In this document: one piece after another, positions 39,001 to 50,100 of the stretch
Layout: each line of letters begins with the position of its first letter
Numbering within the stretch: the first letter of the stretch is position 1
Assembly (NCBI GenBank): GCA_963744145.1
Contig: CAVUSO010000001.1
Location: forward strand, 1,184,001-1,248,000
DNA length: 64,000 nucleotides
Direction: 5' to 3'
Origin: an uncultured cyanobacterium
GTDB lineage: Bacteria; Cyanobacteriota; Cyanobacteriia; Cyanobacteriales; CAWUOF01
The notes under the pieces: model-generated
What the model was told of the DNA's origin: nothing
What the model saw: only the letters and a program-made list of their open reading frames with translations
Databases searched by the model: none
Translations under genes and position numbers: made by a program

Positions 39001-39373
39001 CACCAAGGAATCCAGTATTTTCATCGCCACAGAAAGTATAGCTAATGAAAGGATAGGTCTGCATTTGCTCCCAGATTTGCGCTGCACCTTTCACTTCGCT
39101 CACATCAATGACACCCCTAGCCAAGGAGGAAGCATTGAGACGACTAATAGAGTAAGGAATTTCTGTATAGGATTTTAGTTTTTCTTCAATCCGCTTTGAT
39201 AATTCTAAACGTAATTGACTGGCCACATCATTAACTGCTTGCTGCCCATCGCGGAAAGAGAGATAGCTCACCAAACAAACCGTTGCCATGATTTGTAACA
39301 CAAAAGGCACCACCAGGGTGGTGCGGAGCCGAAATTTTAGGGATGATTTGTTAACTGCATTAAAATCATTCAT
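36011..39373 (-). CDS. Hybrid kinase-adenylate cyclase paralogue A (dCache-HAMP-HisKA-HATPase-REC-class III cyclase-TPR); first metal-binding Asp replaced by Asn
   Basis: 2 TMs, PRIRPWY Cache motif, [45 protein letters not shown]. Confidence 0.92.
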   Translation of the reverse strand: MNDFNAVNKSSLKFRLRTTLVVPFVLQIMATVCLVSYLSFRDGQQAVNDVASQLRLELSKRIEEKLKSYTEIPYSISRLNASSLARGVIDVSEVKGAAQIWEQMQTYPFISYTFCGDENTGFLGVARFSKEDRSKLTLVFSNPSTKSINQYFALDTQGNPTQQVDTLSYKPYNPRIRPWYKAAKETGQSVWSEYLDFSTLLPSIASSVPVYSLTDQSLIGVCGSEFFLPQEMSKFLQSLNIGITGTVFIMERSGQLISTSGPESILKGTGENTTRLAAVDSPNPTIKATAQFLSDRFHNLNQIQSVQQIDFNLHNQKQYIQVVPFKNLNLDWLIVIIIPESDFMDQIYANTPNIVWLCLGVLSLAIAIGIYTARWVISPILRVSQASDELAQGHLDQDIPPSPIMELDTLVNSFNHMGGQLKNSFEKLETKNQELYHLDQLKDEFLANTSHELRTPLNGIIGIAESLIDGATGELPTTTQTNLQLIVSSGRRLASLINDILDFSKLRHHHLELKLTPVDLRAITQIVLTLSQPLAQQKNLQFINAIPEDLPNALADENRLQQILHNLIGNAIKFTPSGTIEVSAQVISSDQEELLSVTISDTGIGIAQDKFDQIFQSFEQAEGSTAREYGGTGLGLAVTKKLVEIHGGTITLQSQIGVGSKFTFTLPIASEKVKSTPPITVLRDSLTVELLTLTPRQKAVNLAADSQQFKILIVDDEPINRQVLINILSLANYTLTEACNGTEALAIIENGFIPDLILLDLMMPRMTGYEVCQKIRERFPAHELPIVILTAKNQPENIVEGFTLGANDYLTKPIQKQEMLARIKTHLNLAKLTLAYGRFVPRDFLNFLGKDSIIDVQIGNQIQQEMTVMFANILSFTHLSEGMTPQEIFNFINAYLSQVSPVIREHDGFIDKYIGDGIMALFPQSADGAVQAAISMQQKVALFNQERQQQGLVPIAIGIGLHTGNLMLGTIGEPERMETTVISDAVNLASRLEGLTKLYGAGILISVHTLVRIEEIQHYSFRFLDRVRVKGKNNAVAIYEIYDPEEGLSHQLKTQTKSRFEAAVMAYNRQDFVGAQPIFTRILATNPQDQAAMLYVKRCQQHLKYGVPLDWDGVTDLDVK

Positions 39374-39421
39374 ACCATCTCCATATTAAACCATATTTCG
39401 GGCAATTTTGAAAATAAAATT

Positions 39422-39545
39422 AGACAAGAAAGCAAAAGTCCTTATTGATCTATTTATTGACAGGCAAGATGCCTGTCCCACCAGAAAAAATCACTTTTGT
39501 GGGACAGGCATCTTGCCTGTCCTATTTATTTTTGCTTTCTTGTCT
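39422..39545. mobile_element. MITE with IS5/ISL2-like ends upstream of paralogue A
   Basis: IRs AGACAAGAAAGCAAAA / TTTTGCTTTCTTGTCT; ATT duplication; empty site preserved upstream of paralogue B (about 42993-43032). Confidence 0.9.
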
Positions 39546-39594
39546 ATTGAATCAATTCTATAAATGCACTCAGGAAAAAATAGATTTTTGATAA

Positions 39595-42500
39595 TTAGTT
39601 AAAATCCAAATCAGTCACACCATCCCATCCAACCGGAACTCCATACAGTCGATATTTTTGACAGCGTTTCACATAGAGCATTGCTGCCTGATCTTGAGGA
39701 TTAGTAGCTAATATTTCCTCAAATACAGGTTGCGCCCCCACAAAATCCTGGCGATTATAAGCCATCACCGCTGCTTCAAACATACTCTTAGTCTGCGTCT
39801 TTAATTGATGAGATAATCCCGCTTCTAGATCATATATTTCATAAATAGCCACCGCATCATTTTTCTCGTTCACCCGTACCCGATCCAAAAATCTGAAACT
39901 ATAATGCTGAATCTCTTCAATCCGAATCAAGGTATGGATACTAATTATGATACCAACTCCATATAACTTAGTTAAACCTTCCAAATGTGAGGCTAAATTC
40001 ACCGCATCAGAAATTACTGTTGTCTCCATCCGTTCTGGTTCTCCAATGGTTCCTAACATTAAATTCCCCGTATGTAAACCAATTCCAATCGCGATCGGCA
40101 CTAATCCCTGTTGTTGTCGCTCTTGATTAAAAAGTGCGACTTTTTGCTGCATCGAAATTGCGGCTTGAACTGCACCATCTGCTGACTGGGGAAATAAAGC
40201 CATAATTGCATCCCCAATATACTTATCAATAAAACCATCATGTTCTCTAATCGCCGGACTAACTTGAATTAAATAAGCATTAAGAAAATTAAAAGCATCT
40301 TGGGGTGTCATCCCTTCTGACAGATGAGTAAAGGAGCGAATATCGGCAAACATCACTGTCATTTCTTGTTGACTTTGATTGCCAATTTGAACATCAATAA
40401 TGCTGTCTTTCCCTAAAAAATTGAGGAAATCTCGTGGTACAAATCGCCCGTAAGCTAAAGTAAGTTTAGCTAAATTCAAATGAGTTCTCATTCGCGCCAG
40501 CATTTCCTGTTTTTGAATCGGTTTAGTCAAATAATCATTGGCACCTAATGTAAATCCCTCTACAATATTTTCGGTTTGATTTTTGGCTGTTAAAATCACA
40601 ATGGGCAGTTCATGAGCCGGAAAACGTTCACGAATTTTCTGACAAACTTCATAACCCGTCATCCGGGGCATCATCAGATCCAGTAAGATCAAATCTGGGA
40701 TAAAACCATTTTCGATAATCGCTAAAGCTTCTGTGCCATTACAGGCTTCTGTCAGAGTATAATTGGCAAGAGAAAGGATATTGATTAACACTTGACGATT
40801 AATCGGTTCATCGTCAACGATTAAGATTTTAAATTGTTGGCTATCAGCCGCAAAATTAACAGCTTTTTGCCTAGGTGTTAAAGTAAGTAATTCCACAGTA
40901 AGGCTGTCTCGTAGTACCGTAATTGGTGGCGCTGATTTAACTTTTTCAGAGGCAATGGGTAAAGTAAAGGTAAACTTTGAACCGACACCAACTTGAGACT
41001 GGAGCGTAATTGTCCCACCATGGATTTCCACCAGTTTTTTCGTCACAGCTAATCCTAATCCGGTGCCACCATATTCTCTGGCTGTCGAACCTTCTGCTTG
41101 TTCAAAGGATTGAAAAATCTGGTCAAACTTATCTGGGGCAATGCCAATACCTGTGTCAGAAATAGTCACAGCTAATAGCTCTTCTTGGTCAGAAGATATC
41201 ACTTGTGCCGAAACTTCAATAGTACCTGACGGAGTGAATTTAATCGCATTACCAATTAGATTATGGAGGATTTGTTGTAAGCGATTTTCGTCAGCCAGAG
41301 CATTGGGTAAGTCTTCCGGAATCGCGTTGATGAATTGGAGATTTTTTTGTTGGGCTAAAGGTTGGCTGAGGGTGAGGACAATCTGGGTAATCGCTCTTAA
41401 ATCGACGGGTGTTAATTTGAGTTCAAGATGGTGGTGTCTAAGTTTAGAAAAGTCAAGAATATCATTAATTAAACTGGCGAGACGGCGACCACTAGAGACA
41501 ATTAATTGCAAGTTGGTTTGAGTGGTGGTTGGGAGTTCTCCTGTCGCCCCATCGATCAATGATTCAGCAATACCAATAATCCCATTTAGAGGAGTGCGGA
41601 GTTCGTGGGAAGTATTGGCGAGAAATTCATCTTTGAGTTGGTCGAGATGATATAGTTCTTGGTTTTTAGTCTCCAGTTTTTCAAACGAATTCTTCAATTG
41701 CCCTGCCATGTGATTAAACGAATCCGCCAGGGTATCCATTTCCATAATAGAACTAGGCCCAATATGCTGATCCAGATGACCTTGAGCCATTTCATTAGAT
41801 GCTTGGGAGACACGTAGGATGGGATGAGTCACCCAACGAGCAGTGTAAATACCGATCACGATCGCTAAACTCATTGCCCCCAAACAGAGCCAAACTGTGT
41901 TGAGAGTGCTGGCATAAATTTGTCCCATGAAGTCAGATTCAGGAATGATAATCACAATCAGCCAGTCTAGATTCAAGTTCTTAAAGGGTACGACTTGGAT
42001 ATATTGTTTCTGGTCATGTAAATTAAAGTCAATTTGTTGGACAGATTGAATCTGGTTGAGGTTGTGGAAGCGATCGCCTAAAAACTGAGCCGTAGCTTTA
42101 ATCGTAGGATTAGGACTATCAACTGCTGCTAGACGGATGGTATTTTTTCCTGTGCCCTTGAGCATCGGTTCGGGGGTAGAAGTGGCAATCAGTTGCCCAG
42201 AGCGTTCTACAATAAATACTGTACCAGTTTTACCAATACTCAAACCTTGGAGAAAATTCGACATTTCTTGAGGTAAATAGAAGTCAGTAGAACAAACCCC
42301 AATCAAAGATTTATCTGTTAGGCTATAGACAGGCATATTCGCGGTTGCCGAGGGATAAAAAGTAGCAAAATCAAGAAAAATTTCGCTCCAGACACTTTGC
42401 CCTGCTGCTTTTGCCGCTTTGTACCAAGGGCGAAGTCGGGGATCGTAGGGCGTATCAAACGAACCTGCGGGCTGAGTGCGATTACCTTGGGCATCGAAGT

Positions 42501-42975
42501 TAAAGTATTGGCGCATCAACTTGGTTGATGGATTGCTAAATGCGAAGATAAATTTTGAGCGATCTTGGTCTGAAAGTCTACCAACACCTAAAAAACCAGC
42601 TTTTTCATCGCCACAAAAAATATAGCTAATGGTAGGATAGGTCTGCATTTGCTGCCACATTTGCGCTTCACCTTTTACTCCGCTCACATCAATTACACCC
42701 CTAGCGAAAGCAGAAGCATTGATTCGGTTGATGGAGTAAGAAATTTCTGTATAGGATTGTAGTTTTTCCTCAATGCGATTCGATAATTCTGAGCGCAATT
42801 GACTCGCCACATGATTGACTGCTCGCTGTCCATTGCAGAAGGAAATATAGCCCACCAAACAAACCGCAGCCACGATTTGTAATACGAAGGGCACTAGCAG
42901 AGCGGTGCGGAGCCGAAATTTTAGGGATGTTTGGTTAACCTTAAAATCATTCAGACTATCTCTTGATTTAACCAT
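39595..42975 (-). CDS. Hybrid kinase-adenylate cyclase paralogue B; catalytic Arg replaced by His, VKGK replaced by VNEK
   Basis: Same architecture; [27 protein letters not shown]. Confidence 0.92.
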   Translation of the reverse strand: MVKSRDSLNDFKVNQTSLKFRLRTALLVPFVLQIVAAVCLVGYISFCNGQRAVNHVASQLRSELSNRIEEKLQSYTEISYSINRINASAFARGVIDVSGVKGEAQMWQQMQTYPTISYIFCGDEKAGFLGVGRLSDQDRSKFIFAFSNPSTKLMRQYFNFDAQGNRTQPAGSFDTPYDPRLRPWYKAAKAAGQSVWSEIFLDFATFYPSATANMPVYSLTDKSLIGVCSTDFYLPQEMSNFLQGLSIGKTGTVFIVERSGQLIATSTPEPMLKGTGKNTIRLAAVDSPNPTIKATAQFLGDRFHNLNQIQSVQQIDFNLHDQKQYIQVVPFKNLNLDWLIVIIIPESDFMGQIYASTLNTVWLCLGAMSLAIVIGIYTARWVTHPILRVSQASNEMAQGHLDQHIGPSSIMEMDTLADSFNHMAGQLKNSFEKLETKNQELYHLDQLKDEFLANTSHELRTPLNGIIGIAESLIDGATGELPTTTQTNLQLIVSSGRRLASLINDILDFSKLRHHHLELKLTPVDLRAITQIVLTLSQPLAQQKNLQFINAIPEDLPNALADENRLQQILHNLIGNAIKFTPSGTIEVSAQVISSDQEELLAVTISDTGIGIAPDKFDQIFQSFEQAEGSTAREYGGTGLGLAVTKKLVEIHGGTITLQSQVGVGSKFTFTLPIASEKVKSAPPITVLRDSLTVELLTLTPRQKAVNFAADSQQFKILIVDDEPINRQVLINILSLANYTLTEACNGTEALAIIENGFIPDLILLDLMMPRMTGYEVCQKIRERFPAHELPIVILTAKNQTENIVEGFTLGANDYLTKPIQKQEMLARMRTHLNLAKLTLAYGRFVPRDFLNFLGKDSIIDVQIGNQSQQEMTVMFADIRSFTHLSEGMTPQDAFNFLNAYLIQVSPAIREHDGFIDKYIGDAIMALFPQSADGAVQAAISMQQKVALFNQERQQQGLVPIAIGIGLHTGNLMLGTIGEPERMETTVISDAVNLASHLEGLTKLYGVGIIISIHTLIRIEEIQHYSFRFLDRVRVNEKNDAVAIYEIYDLEAGLSHQLKTQTKSMFEAAVMAYNRQDFVGAQPVFEEILATNPQDQAAMLYVKRCQKYRLYGVPVGWDGVTDLDFN

Positions 42976-43187
42976 GTCTCGGGTAGTTGTTGAAAATAAA
43001 ATTAAGTCAATTCTATCAATGTACTCAGAAAAACTTTAGCGCTCTTATTGCAACTACATACCTAAAAATCAGATATTTTCTTCTCTAACTGAACTGGATT
43101 GACTCATAAGTTACTTTCTGCAAATAAATCAAAAAATTACTAAACAGCGATCGCGCATCAAGTTTGCCAATCCTGAATTTTTGATAC

Positions 43188-46100
43188 TTACTTAAAATCT
43201 AAATCTGTTACACCATCCCAACCGACCGGAACTCCATACTGTCGATATTGGTGACAGCGTTTCACATACAGCACCGCTGCCTGATCTTCAGGATTAGTGG
43301 CTAATATTTCCTCAAATACGGGTTGCGCTCCGACAAAATCTTGGCGATTATAGGCCATCACTGCTGCTTCAAAAATACTCTTTGTTTGCGTCTTTAATTG
43401 ATTAGAAAATCCCCCATCTGTCTCATAGATTTCATAAATTGCCACTGCATCATTTTTGCCTTTCACCCGCACCCGATCGAGAAATCTAAAACTATAATGT
43501 TGAATTTGTTCAATCCGAACTAAAGTATGTACACTGATTAAGATCCCGACTCCATATAACTTGGTTAATCCTTCCAACCGTGAGGCTAAATTTACTGCAT
43601 CAGCAATTACTGTTGTCTCCATCCGTTCCGGTTCTCCAATGGTTCCTAACATTAAATTACCTGTATGTAAACCAATCCCAATCGCGATCGGCACTAATCC
43701 CTGTTGTTGTCGCTCTTGATTAAAAAGTGCGACTTTTTGCTGCATCGAAATTGCCGCTTGAACTGCCCCATCTGCGGATTGGGGAAATAGCGCCATAATC
43801 GCATCTCCAATATACTTATCAATAAAACCATCATGTTCTCTAATCGCCGGACTAACTTGACTTAAATAGGCATTAATAAAATTAAAATTCTCTTGAGGTG
43901 TCATCCCTTCTGATAGAGTAGTAAAGGAGCGAATATCGGCAAACATTACGGTCATTTCCTGCTGAATTTGGTTACCAATTTGGACATCAATAATGCTGTC
44001 TTTCCCTAAGAAGTTGAGAAAATCTCGCGGCACAAATCGCCCGTAAGCTAAAGTCAGTTTGGCTAAATTCAAATGAGTTTTCATCCGCGCCAGCATTTCC
44101 TGTTTTTGAATGGGTTTAGTCAAATAATCATTAGCACCTGATGTAAATCCATCCACAATATTTTCGGTTTGATTTTTCGCCGTCAGGATCACAATTGGCA
44201 ATTCATGAGCTGGAAAACGTTCGCGAATTTTCTGACAAACTTCATAACCAGTCATCCGGGGCATCATCAAATCTAGGAGGATCAAATCGGGGATAAAACC
44301 ATTTTCAATTGTGGCTAAAGCTTCTTCTCCATTACTGGCTTCAGTCAGGGTGTAATTATAAAGGGAAAGATTGTTAATTAAGACCTGACGATTAATCGGT
44401 TCGTCATCAACAATTAAGATTTTGAATTGTTGGTTGTCAGTGGCAATATTTACAGTTTTTTGAATGGAAGATAAAGCGATCGATTCAGGAACAAATTTGT
44501 TGCCAAGTGTGGCAATTGGTGACACTAATTTAGCTTTTTCTTGGGCAATAGGTAAGGTAAAAGTAAATTGTGAGCCTACTCCGACTTGTGATTCGATAGT
44601 AATTTCACCACCATGTAATTCGACGAGTTGTTTGGTAACAGCTAATCCCAATCCGGTGCCACCATATTCTCTCGCTGTCGAACCTTCCGCTTGTTCAAAG
44701 GATTGAAAGATCCGCTCGAAATTATCTTGGGCAATCCCAATTCCTGTATCCGAAATAGTGACAGCTAATACATCCTCTTGATTAGGAGATATCACTTTTG
44801 CCGAGACTTCGACAGTTCCAGATGGGGTGAATTTAATGGCATTGCCAATCAGGTTATAGAGAATTTGTTGTAAGCGATTTTCGTCGGCTTCCGCATGAGG
44901 TAAATCTTCAGGAATAGCGTTGATTAACTGTAAATTTTTCTGCTGGGCTAAAGGTTGACTGAGGGTGATAATAATATTAGTAATGGCTCTTAAATCAACA
45001 GGTGCTAATCGTAGTTCTAGGTTATTGTGTTTGAGTTTCGAGAAGTCAAGAATATCGTTAATTAAGCTGGCCAGACGGCGACCACTGGAGACTATTAATT
45101 GCAGGTTGCTTTGGGTAGTAGAAGGGAGTTCCCCCGTTGCGCCATCAATGAGTGATTCGGCAATACCAATAATCCCATTGAGAGGGGTGCGGAGTTCGTG
45201 GGATGTATTCGCTAAAAATTCGTCTTTAAGTTGGTCGAGATGATGTAGTTCTTCATTTTGATTAGCTAGAGTTTCTTTTTGAACTTCGAGGGTAGTAAAA
45301 GATTGCTTGAGTTGTACCGCCATGCTATTGAAGGACTGTTCTAGGGTTTCAATTTCTTCAATTTCAATTGCATCACTTATTTCTAGCTGTTGATCCAGAT
45401 TTCCTTTGGCAAGTTCTTGAGAGGCTTGAGTTAATTTGAGAATGGGTTTAGTAATTAAACGTGCTGTGAAGATGCCAATTAAAATTGCTACTCCCAATGC
45501 TGCCAAGGTTAACCAAATTGTGTTACGGGTATTAGTATTGATTTGCTCCATAAAATCTGACTCTGGTACAATCACCACAATCAGCCAGTTTAATCCTTCG
45601 TTATCTTGATAGGGGACTACTTGTAAAAATCGCTGCTGCCCTGCTATTTCAACATTAAGATTTTGCAACTTTTGAATTTGCTTAAAGCTGTCAAATTGCT
45701 TGATTAGATATATGGCTGTTTCTTGAGTAACAGAGTCGCTACTTTCTATAGCTTTGAAAAGTTCTCCTTTATTATTGTTGAATCGAACTAGATTTTCAGA
45801 GGTAGAAGTTGCAACTAATACTCCTTCCTGGGTGATCACAAATGTCTGCCCTGATTTACCCACTTTTAAACTCTGCAAAAATTGTGAGATGCTATCTAGG
45901 CGTAAAGTTACGTTCAAGACTCCTTCTAACTGACCATTTTGCGTGTAGACGGGTTGTACCGCACTGATTTGCATTTTGGGTTCAGTAAATGAAATCTCAA
46001 CTTGACTCCAAGATTTTTTCCCAGCTTTAACCCCATCTTGATACCAAAGTCTTTTTCGCCCATCAAAGTTTTTTATTACCCTAGAAACTTTAGTTGTATC

Positions 46101-46574
46101 GCCTTTTTCAGTAGCATTCCAAGCATAAAAATTAAAATTGGTAGATTCGTTACATAGGTTGAAAAGCAAAGTTTCATCTGCCAGTCTTTGTCCTGATATT
46201 ACATTTCCTTTGTTATTAACAAATGCAATAAAATCCAAGTTGGGGTATGACATCAGTTCTGGCCAAAAATATCTTTTTAAATTCATTAATTCCCGTAAGT
46301 TCAACCCCATATTTACAGCATTTAGGTTAATTTGATTGATTTGATGGGGAATCGCCAGGTAAGCTTTTATGTTTTGTTGAATGCGATCGGTAATTTCGTT
46401 TTGTACTTGACTAGCAACTTCATAAACAGCTCTTTGTCCGTTTTTAAAGGAGAGATATCCTACCAACCCCACAGCCCCAACAATTTGCAAAATAAACGGG
46501 ATAATCAGAACTGTTCGCAAGGGAAGTTTCCCTAAAACAGTTCCCACTTGGCGATTTATAATGTTGATAGACAT
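43188..46574 (-). CDS. Hybrid kinase-adenylate cyclase paralogue C (different dCache sensor); ATG 46574 inferred
   Basis: All kinase, REC and cyclase motifs intact. Confidence 0.92.
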   Translation of the reverse strand: MSINIINRQVGTVLGKLPLRTVLIIPFILQIVGAVGLVGYLSFKNGQRAVYEVASQVQNEITDRIQQNIKAYLAIPHQINQINLNAVNMGLNLRELMNLKRYFWPELMSYPNLDFIAFVNNKGNVISGQRLADETLLFNLCNESTNFNFYAWNATEKGDTTKVSRVIKNFDGRKRLWYQDGVKAGKKSWSQVEISFTEPKMQISAVQPVYTQNGQLEGVLNVTLRLDSISQFLQSLKVGKSGQTFVITQEGVLVATSTSENLVRFNNNKGELFKAIESSDSVTQETAIYLIKQFDSFKQIQKLQNLNVEIAGQQRFLQVVPYQDNEGLNWLIVVIVPESDFMEQINTNTRNTIWLTLAALGVAILIGIFTARLITKPILKLTQASQELAKGNLDQQLEISDAIEIEEIETLEQSFNSMAVQLKQSFTTLEVQKETLANQNEELHHLDQLKDEFLANTSHELRTPLNGIIGIAESLIDGATGELPSTTQSNLQLIVSSGRRLASLINDILDFSKLKHNNLELRLAPVDLRAITNIIITLSQPLAQQKNLQLINAIPEDLPHAEADENRLQQILYNLIGNAIKFTPSGTVEVSAKVISPNQEDVLAVTISDTGIGIAQDNFERIFQSFEQAEGSTAREYGGTGLGLAVTKQLVELHGGEITIESQVGVGSQFTFTLPIAQEKAKLVSPIATLGNKFVPESIALSSIQKTVNIATDNQQFKILIVDDEPINRQVLINNLSLYNYTLTEASNGEEALATIENGFIPDLILLDLMMPRMTGYEVCQKIRERFPAHELPIVILTAKNQTENIVDGFTSGANDYLTKPIQKQEMLARMKTHLNLAKLTLAYGRFVPRDFLNFLGKDSIIDVQIGNQIQQEMTVMFADIRSFTTLSEGMTPQENFNFINAYLSQVSPAIREHDGFIDKYIGDAIMALFPQSADGAVQAAISMQQKVALFNQERQQQGLVPIAIGIGLHTGNLMLGTIGEPERMETTVIADAVNLASRLEGLTKLYGVGILISVHTLVRIEQIQHYSFRFLDRVRVKGKNDAVAIYEIYETDGGFSNQLKTQTKSIFEAAVMAYNRQDFVGAQPVFEEILATNPEDQAAVLYVKRCHQYRQYGVPVGWDGVTDLDFK

Positions 46575-46707
46575 AATAGAATTTCCCTCAATTGAATACT
46601 TTTTTTTGGCTACTAAGGAAAGAGAAATAGTCAACTCAGCTAATACTTGACAATAATTCAAGGGAATATTTATAGTTAAGCTGAAACAATCAATATTGTC
46701 TTGCCCA

Positions 46708-49700
46708 TTACTTAAAATCCAAATCCGTCACACCATCCCAACCGACCGGAACTCCATACTCTAAATATTGTTGACAGCGTTTCACATACAGCATCGCTGC
46801 CTGATCTTGAGGATTAGTGGCTAATATTCCCGTAAATACAGGTTGTGCCCCCACAAAATCCTGGCGATTATAAGCCATCACCGCGGCTTCAAACCTACTC
46901 TTAGTTTGCGTCTTTAATTGATGAGATAATCCCTCTTCTGGATCATAGATTTCATAAATAGCCACCGCATCATTTTTCCCTTTCACTCGGACTCGATCGA
47001 GAAATCTAAAACTATAATGCTGAATCTCTTCAATCCGAACTAAAGTATGTACACTGATTAAGATCCCGACTCCATATAACTTGGTTAATCCTTCCAACCG
47101 CGAAGCTAAATTCACTGCATCTGAAATTACGGTAGTTTCCATTCGTTCCGGTTCTCCAATCGTTCCTAACATTAAATTACCTGTATGTAAACCAATCCCA
47201 ATCGCGATCGGCACTAATCCCTGTTGTTGTCGCGCTTGATTAAAAAGTGCGACTTTTTGCTGCATCGAAATTGCCGCTTGAACTGCTCCATCTGCGGACT
47301 GGGGAAATAAAGCCATAATGGCATCCCCAATATACTTATCAATAAACCCATCATGTTCTCTAATCGCCGGACTAACTTGACTTAAATAGGCATTAATAAA
47401 ATTAAAATTCTCTTGAGGTGTCATCCCTTCTGATAGAGTAGTAAAGGAGCGAATATCGGCAAACATTACGGTCATTTCTTGCTGAATTTGGTTACCAATT
47501 TGGACATCAATAATGCTGTCTTTCCCTAAGAAGTTGAGAAAATCTCGCGGCACAAATCGTCCATAAGCTAACGTTAGTTTGGCTAAGTTCAAATGAGTTT
47601 TCATTCGCGCTAGCATTTCCTGTTTTTGAATCGGTTTAGCCAAATAGTCATTGGCACCGGATGTAAATCCCTCTACTATATTTTCAGTTTGATTTTTGGC
47701 TGTTAAAATGACAATGGGCAGTTCATGAGCTGGAAAACGTTCGCGAATTTTCTGACAAACTTCATAACCAGTCATCCGGGGCATCATCAAATCTAGGAGG
47801 ATCAAATCGGGGATCAACCCATTTTCGATAGTGGCTAAAGCTTCCGCTCCATTACTGGCTTCAGTTATGGTATAATTGTAAAGAGAAAGAATATTAATTA
47901 AGACCTGACGATTAATCGGTTCGTCATCCACGATTAAGATTTTAAATTGTTGGTTACCAGTAGCAAAATTAACGGCTTTTTGAATGGGTGCTAAGGTGGG
48001 TAATTCAGAAATAATGCTGTCACGGAGTACAGCAATTGGTGGAACTGATTTAACTTTTTCTGAGGAAATGGGTAAAGTAAAGGTAAATTGCGAGCCAATT
48101 CCGATTTGTGACTGAACAGTAATTTTACCACCATGTATTTCCACAAGTTGTTTGGTCACAGCTAATCCCAATCCAGTACCGCCATATTCCCTAGCTGTGG
48201 AACCTTCCGCTTGTTCAAAGGATTGAAAAATCTGCTCAAACTTATCTTGAGCAATGCCAATACCTGTATCGGAAATAGTCACAGCTAATACCTCCTCTTG
48301 GTCAGTAGATATCACTTGTGCAGAAACTTCAATAGTCCCTGATGGAGTAAATTTAATGGCATTACCAATCAGGTTATGCAGAATTTGTTGTAAGCGATTT
48401 TCGTCGGCATTAGCATTGGGTAAGTCTTCGGGAATAGCGTTGATTAGTTGTAAATTTTTCTGGTAGGCTAAAGGTTGACTAAGAGTAAGAATAATCTGAG
48501 TAATCGCTCTTAAATCGACGGGCGCTAATCGAAGTTTGATGTTCTGGTGTCGGAGTTTGGAAAAGTCAAGAATATCGTTAATTAAGCTGGTCAGACGACG
48601 ACCACTAGAAACAATTAGTTGCAAGTTGGTTTGGGTGGTAGAAGGGAGTTCTCCTGTGGCACCATCAATGAGTGATTCCGCAATACCAATAATCCCATTT
48701 AGAGGAGTACGGAGTTCATGGGAGGTATTTGCTAAAAATTCGTCTTTGAGTTGGTCAAGATGATGTAGTTCTTCATTTTGATGGGCGAGGGTTTCTTTTT
48801 GAATTTCCAGGGTAGTAAAGGATTGCTTGAGTTGGGTCGCCATGCTATTAAAGGACTGTTCTAGAGTTTCAATTTCTTCAATTTCAATCAAGTCCTTGAT
48901 ATCGACTTGTTGATCGAGGTTACCATCCGCAAGTTCTTGAGAAGCTTTGGTTAGTCTCAGAATCGGATTGGTAATAGTTCGGGTAGTAAGGATGCCAACA
49001 GCGATCGCGACTAGCATAGCGAGAAAGCATAACAGTGCAGTTCTCTGAGCGTGTTGGTTAATTTGAGCGAGAAAATCTGATTTAGGAATGGTGATCACAA
49101 TGGTCAATGACAAACCGAGTTCGTCTTGGAAGGGAATCGCTGTCAGAAAGTATGGTTCTCCCTTAACTTTAAAGGTCAATTTTTTGGAGCCTTTCAGCTT
49201 ACTTAAATCACCCATTTGTTGGCGCAATTCTTCACCTGCTGCTCGCAGAATAGGAGAGGGTGTATCAAACATTGTCAGCCGTTGTAAATCGGTGCTATTG
49301 GCGCTATTACTATCTTTGAAAACGGATTCTCTAGTTGAATTAGTCACCAGCGATCCATTAGGTTCAACAATATAAATTTTGGCTCCAGGAGATATTTTTA
49401 TGGTTTCTAAAAACTGGGTAAATCTGAGACTGATCAGGCTACCTAATACTGCCTGAAGTTCTCCGGTAGTATGATCATAGAGGGGCAACACGGCAGCTAT
49501 CAATAAATCTTTAGCCACAATCGATGGATAAATAGAAGTCCAAGTTGCTTTTTTAGCAGCTACTGCTGTTTTATAGGGAAGACGTTCTTTTGGCAGTACA
49601 TTTTTAAAAGATTCTACTAACTGGGCTCGATTACCTGCGGAGTCCACCTTGTAGATCCGATAGAGTGATTGATCGCTACCGTCAGCAATCAGTAAACCCC

Positions 49701-50100
49701 AGTAGAGAGGATCAGATGTACCGAATAATCCCGAACTGACAAAATCTCCCTGTGCATTAATCACCTGGAGACCATATACTTCTGGAAATTGCTGGTTTTG
49801 CAGGGTAAGATAGCGTTCTAACTTCGATAAATCATTGATATTTATCTGTCCCAATTCTACCGCATTGGCATTGAGACGATTAATTTTCGGCGGAATTTTC
49901 AGGTAATTTTCGAGATATAAGGAAACCCGATCGCCTGCTGCACTCATTAATCGATTGGCTAGTTCTTCTACTGCTTGTTGTCCATTTCTGTAGGAGAGAT
50001 AACCTACCAGCCCAACAGCAGCAACAATTTGGATTACAAAGGGTACGACGATCGCGGTATGGAGACGGAATTTTTGACGGATAGGTTTGGTAAAGCTCAT
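46708..50100 (-). CDS. Hybrid kinase-adenylate cyclase paralogue D (different dCache sensor)
   Basis: All kinase, REC and cyclase motifs intact. Confidence 0.92.
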   Translation of the reverse strand: MSFTKPIRQKFRLHTAIVVPFVIQIVAAVGLVGYLSYRNGQQAVEELANRLMSAAGDRVSLYLENYLKIPPKINRLNANAVELGQININDLSKLERYLTLQNQQFPEVYGLQVINAQGDFVSSGLFGTSDPLYWGLLIADGSDQSLYRIYKVDSAGNRAQLVESFKNVLPKERLPYKTAVAAKKATWTSIYPSIVAKDLLIAAVLPLYDHTTGELQAVLGSLISLRFTQFLETIKISPGAKIYIVEPNGSLVTNSTRESVFKDSNSANSTDLQRLTMFDTPSPILRAAGEELRQQMGDLSKLKGSKKLTFKVKGEPYFLTAIPFQDELGLSLTIVITIPKSDFLAQINQHAQRTALLCFLAMLVAIAVGILTTRTITNPILRLTKASQELADGNLDQQVDIKDLIEIEEIETLEQSFNSMATQLKQSFTTLEIQKETLAHQNEELHHLDQLKDEFLANTSHELRTPLNGIIGIAESLIDGATGELPSTTQTNLQLIVSSGRRLTSLINDILDFSKLRHQNIKLRLAPVDLRAITQIILTLSQPLAYQKNLQLINAIPEDLPNANADENRLQQILHNLIGNAIKFTPSGTIEVSAQVISTDQEEVLAVTISDTGIGIAQDKFEQIFQSFEQAEGSTAREYGGTGLGLAVTKQLVEIHGGKITVQSQIGIGSQFTFTLPISSEKVKSVPPIAVLRDSIISELPTLAPIQKAVNFATGNQQFKILIVDDEPINRQVLINILSLYNYTITEASNGAEALATIENGLIPDLILLDLMMPRMTGYEVCQKIRERFPAHELPIVILTAKNQTENIVEGFTSGANDYLAKPIQKQEMLARMKTHLNLAKLTLAYGRFVPRDFLNFLGKDSIIDVQIGNQIQQEMTVMFADIRSFTTLSEGMTPQENFNFINAYLSQVSPAIREHDGFIDKYIGDAIMALFPQSADGAVQAAISMQQKVALFNQARQQQGLVPIAIGIGLHTGNLMLGTIGEPERMETTVISDAVNLASRLEGLTKLYGVGILISVHTLVRIEEIQHYSFRFLDRVRVKGKNDAVAIYEIYDPEEGLSHQLKTQTKSRFEAAVMAYNRQDFVGAQPVFTGILATNPQDQAAMLYVKRCQQYLEYGVPVGWDGVTDLDFK

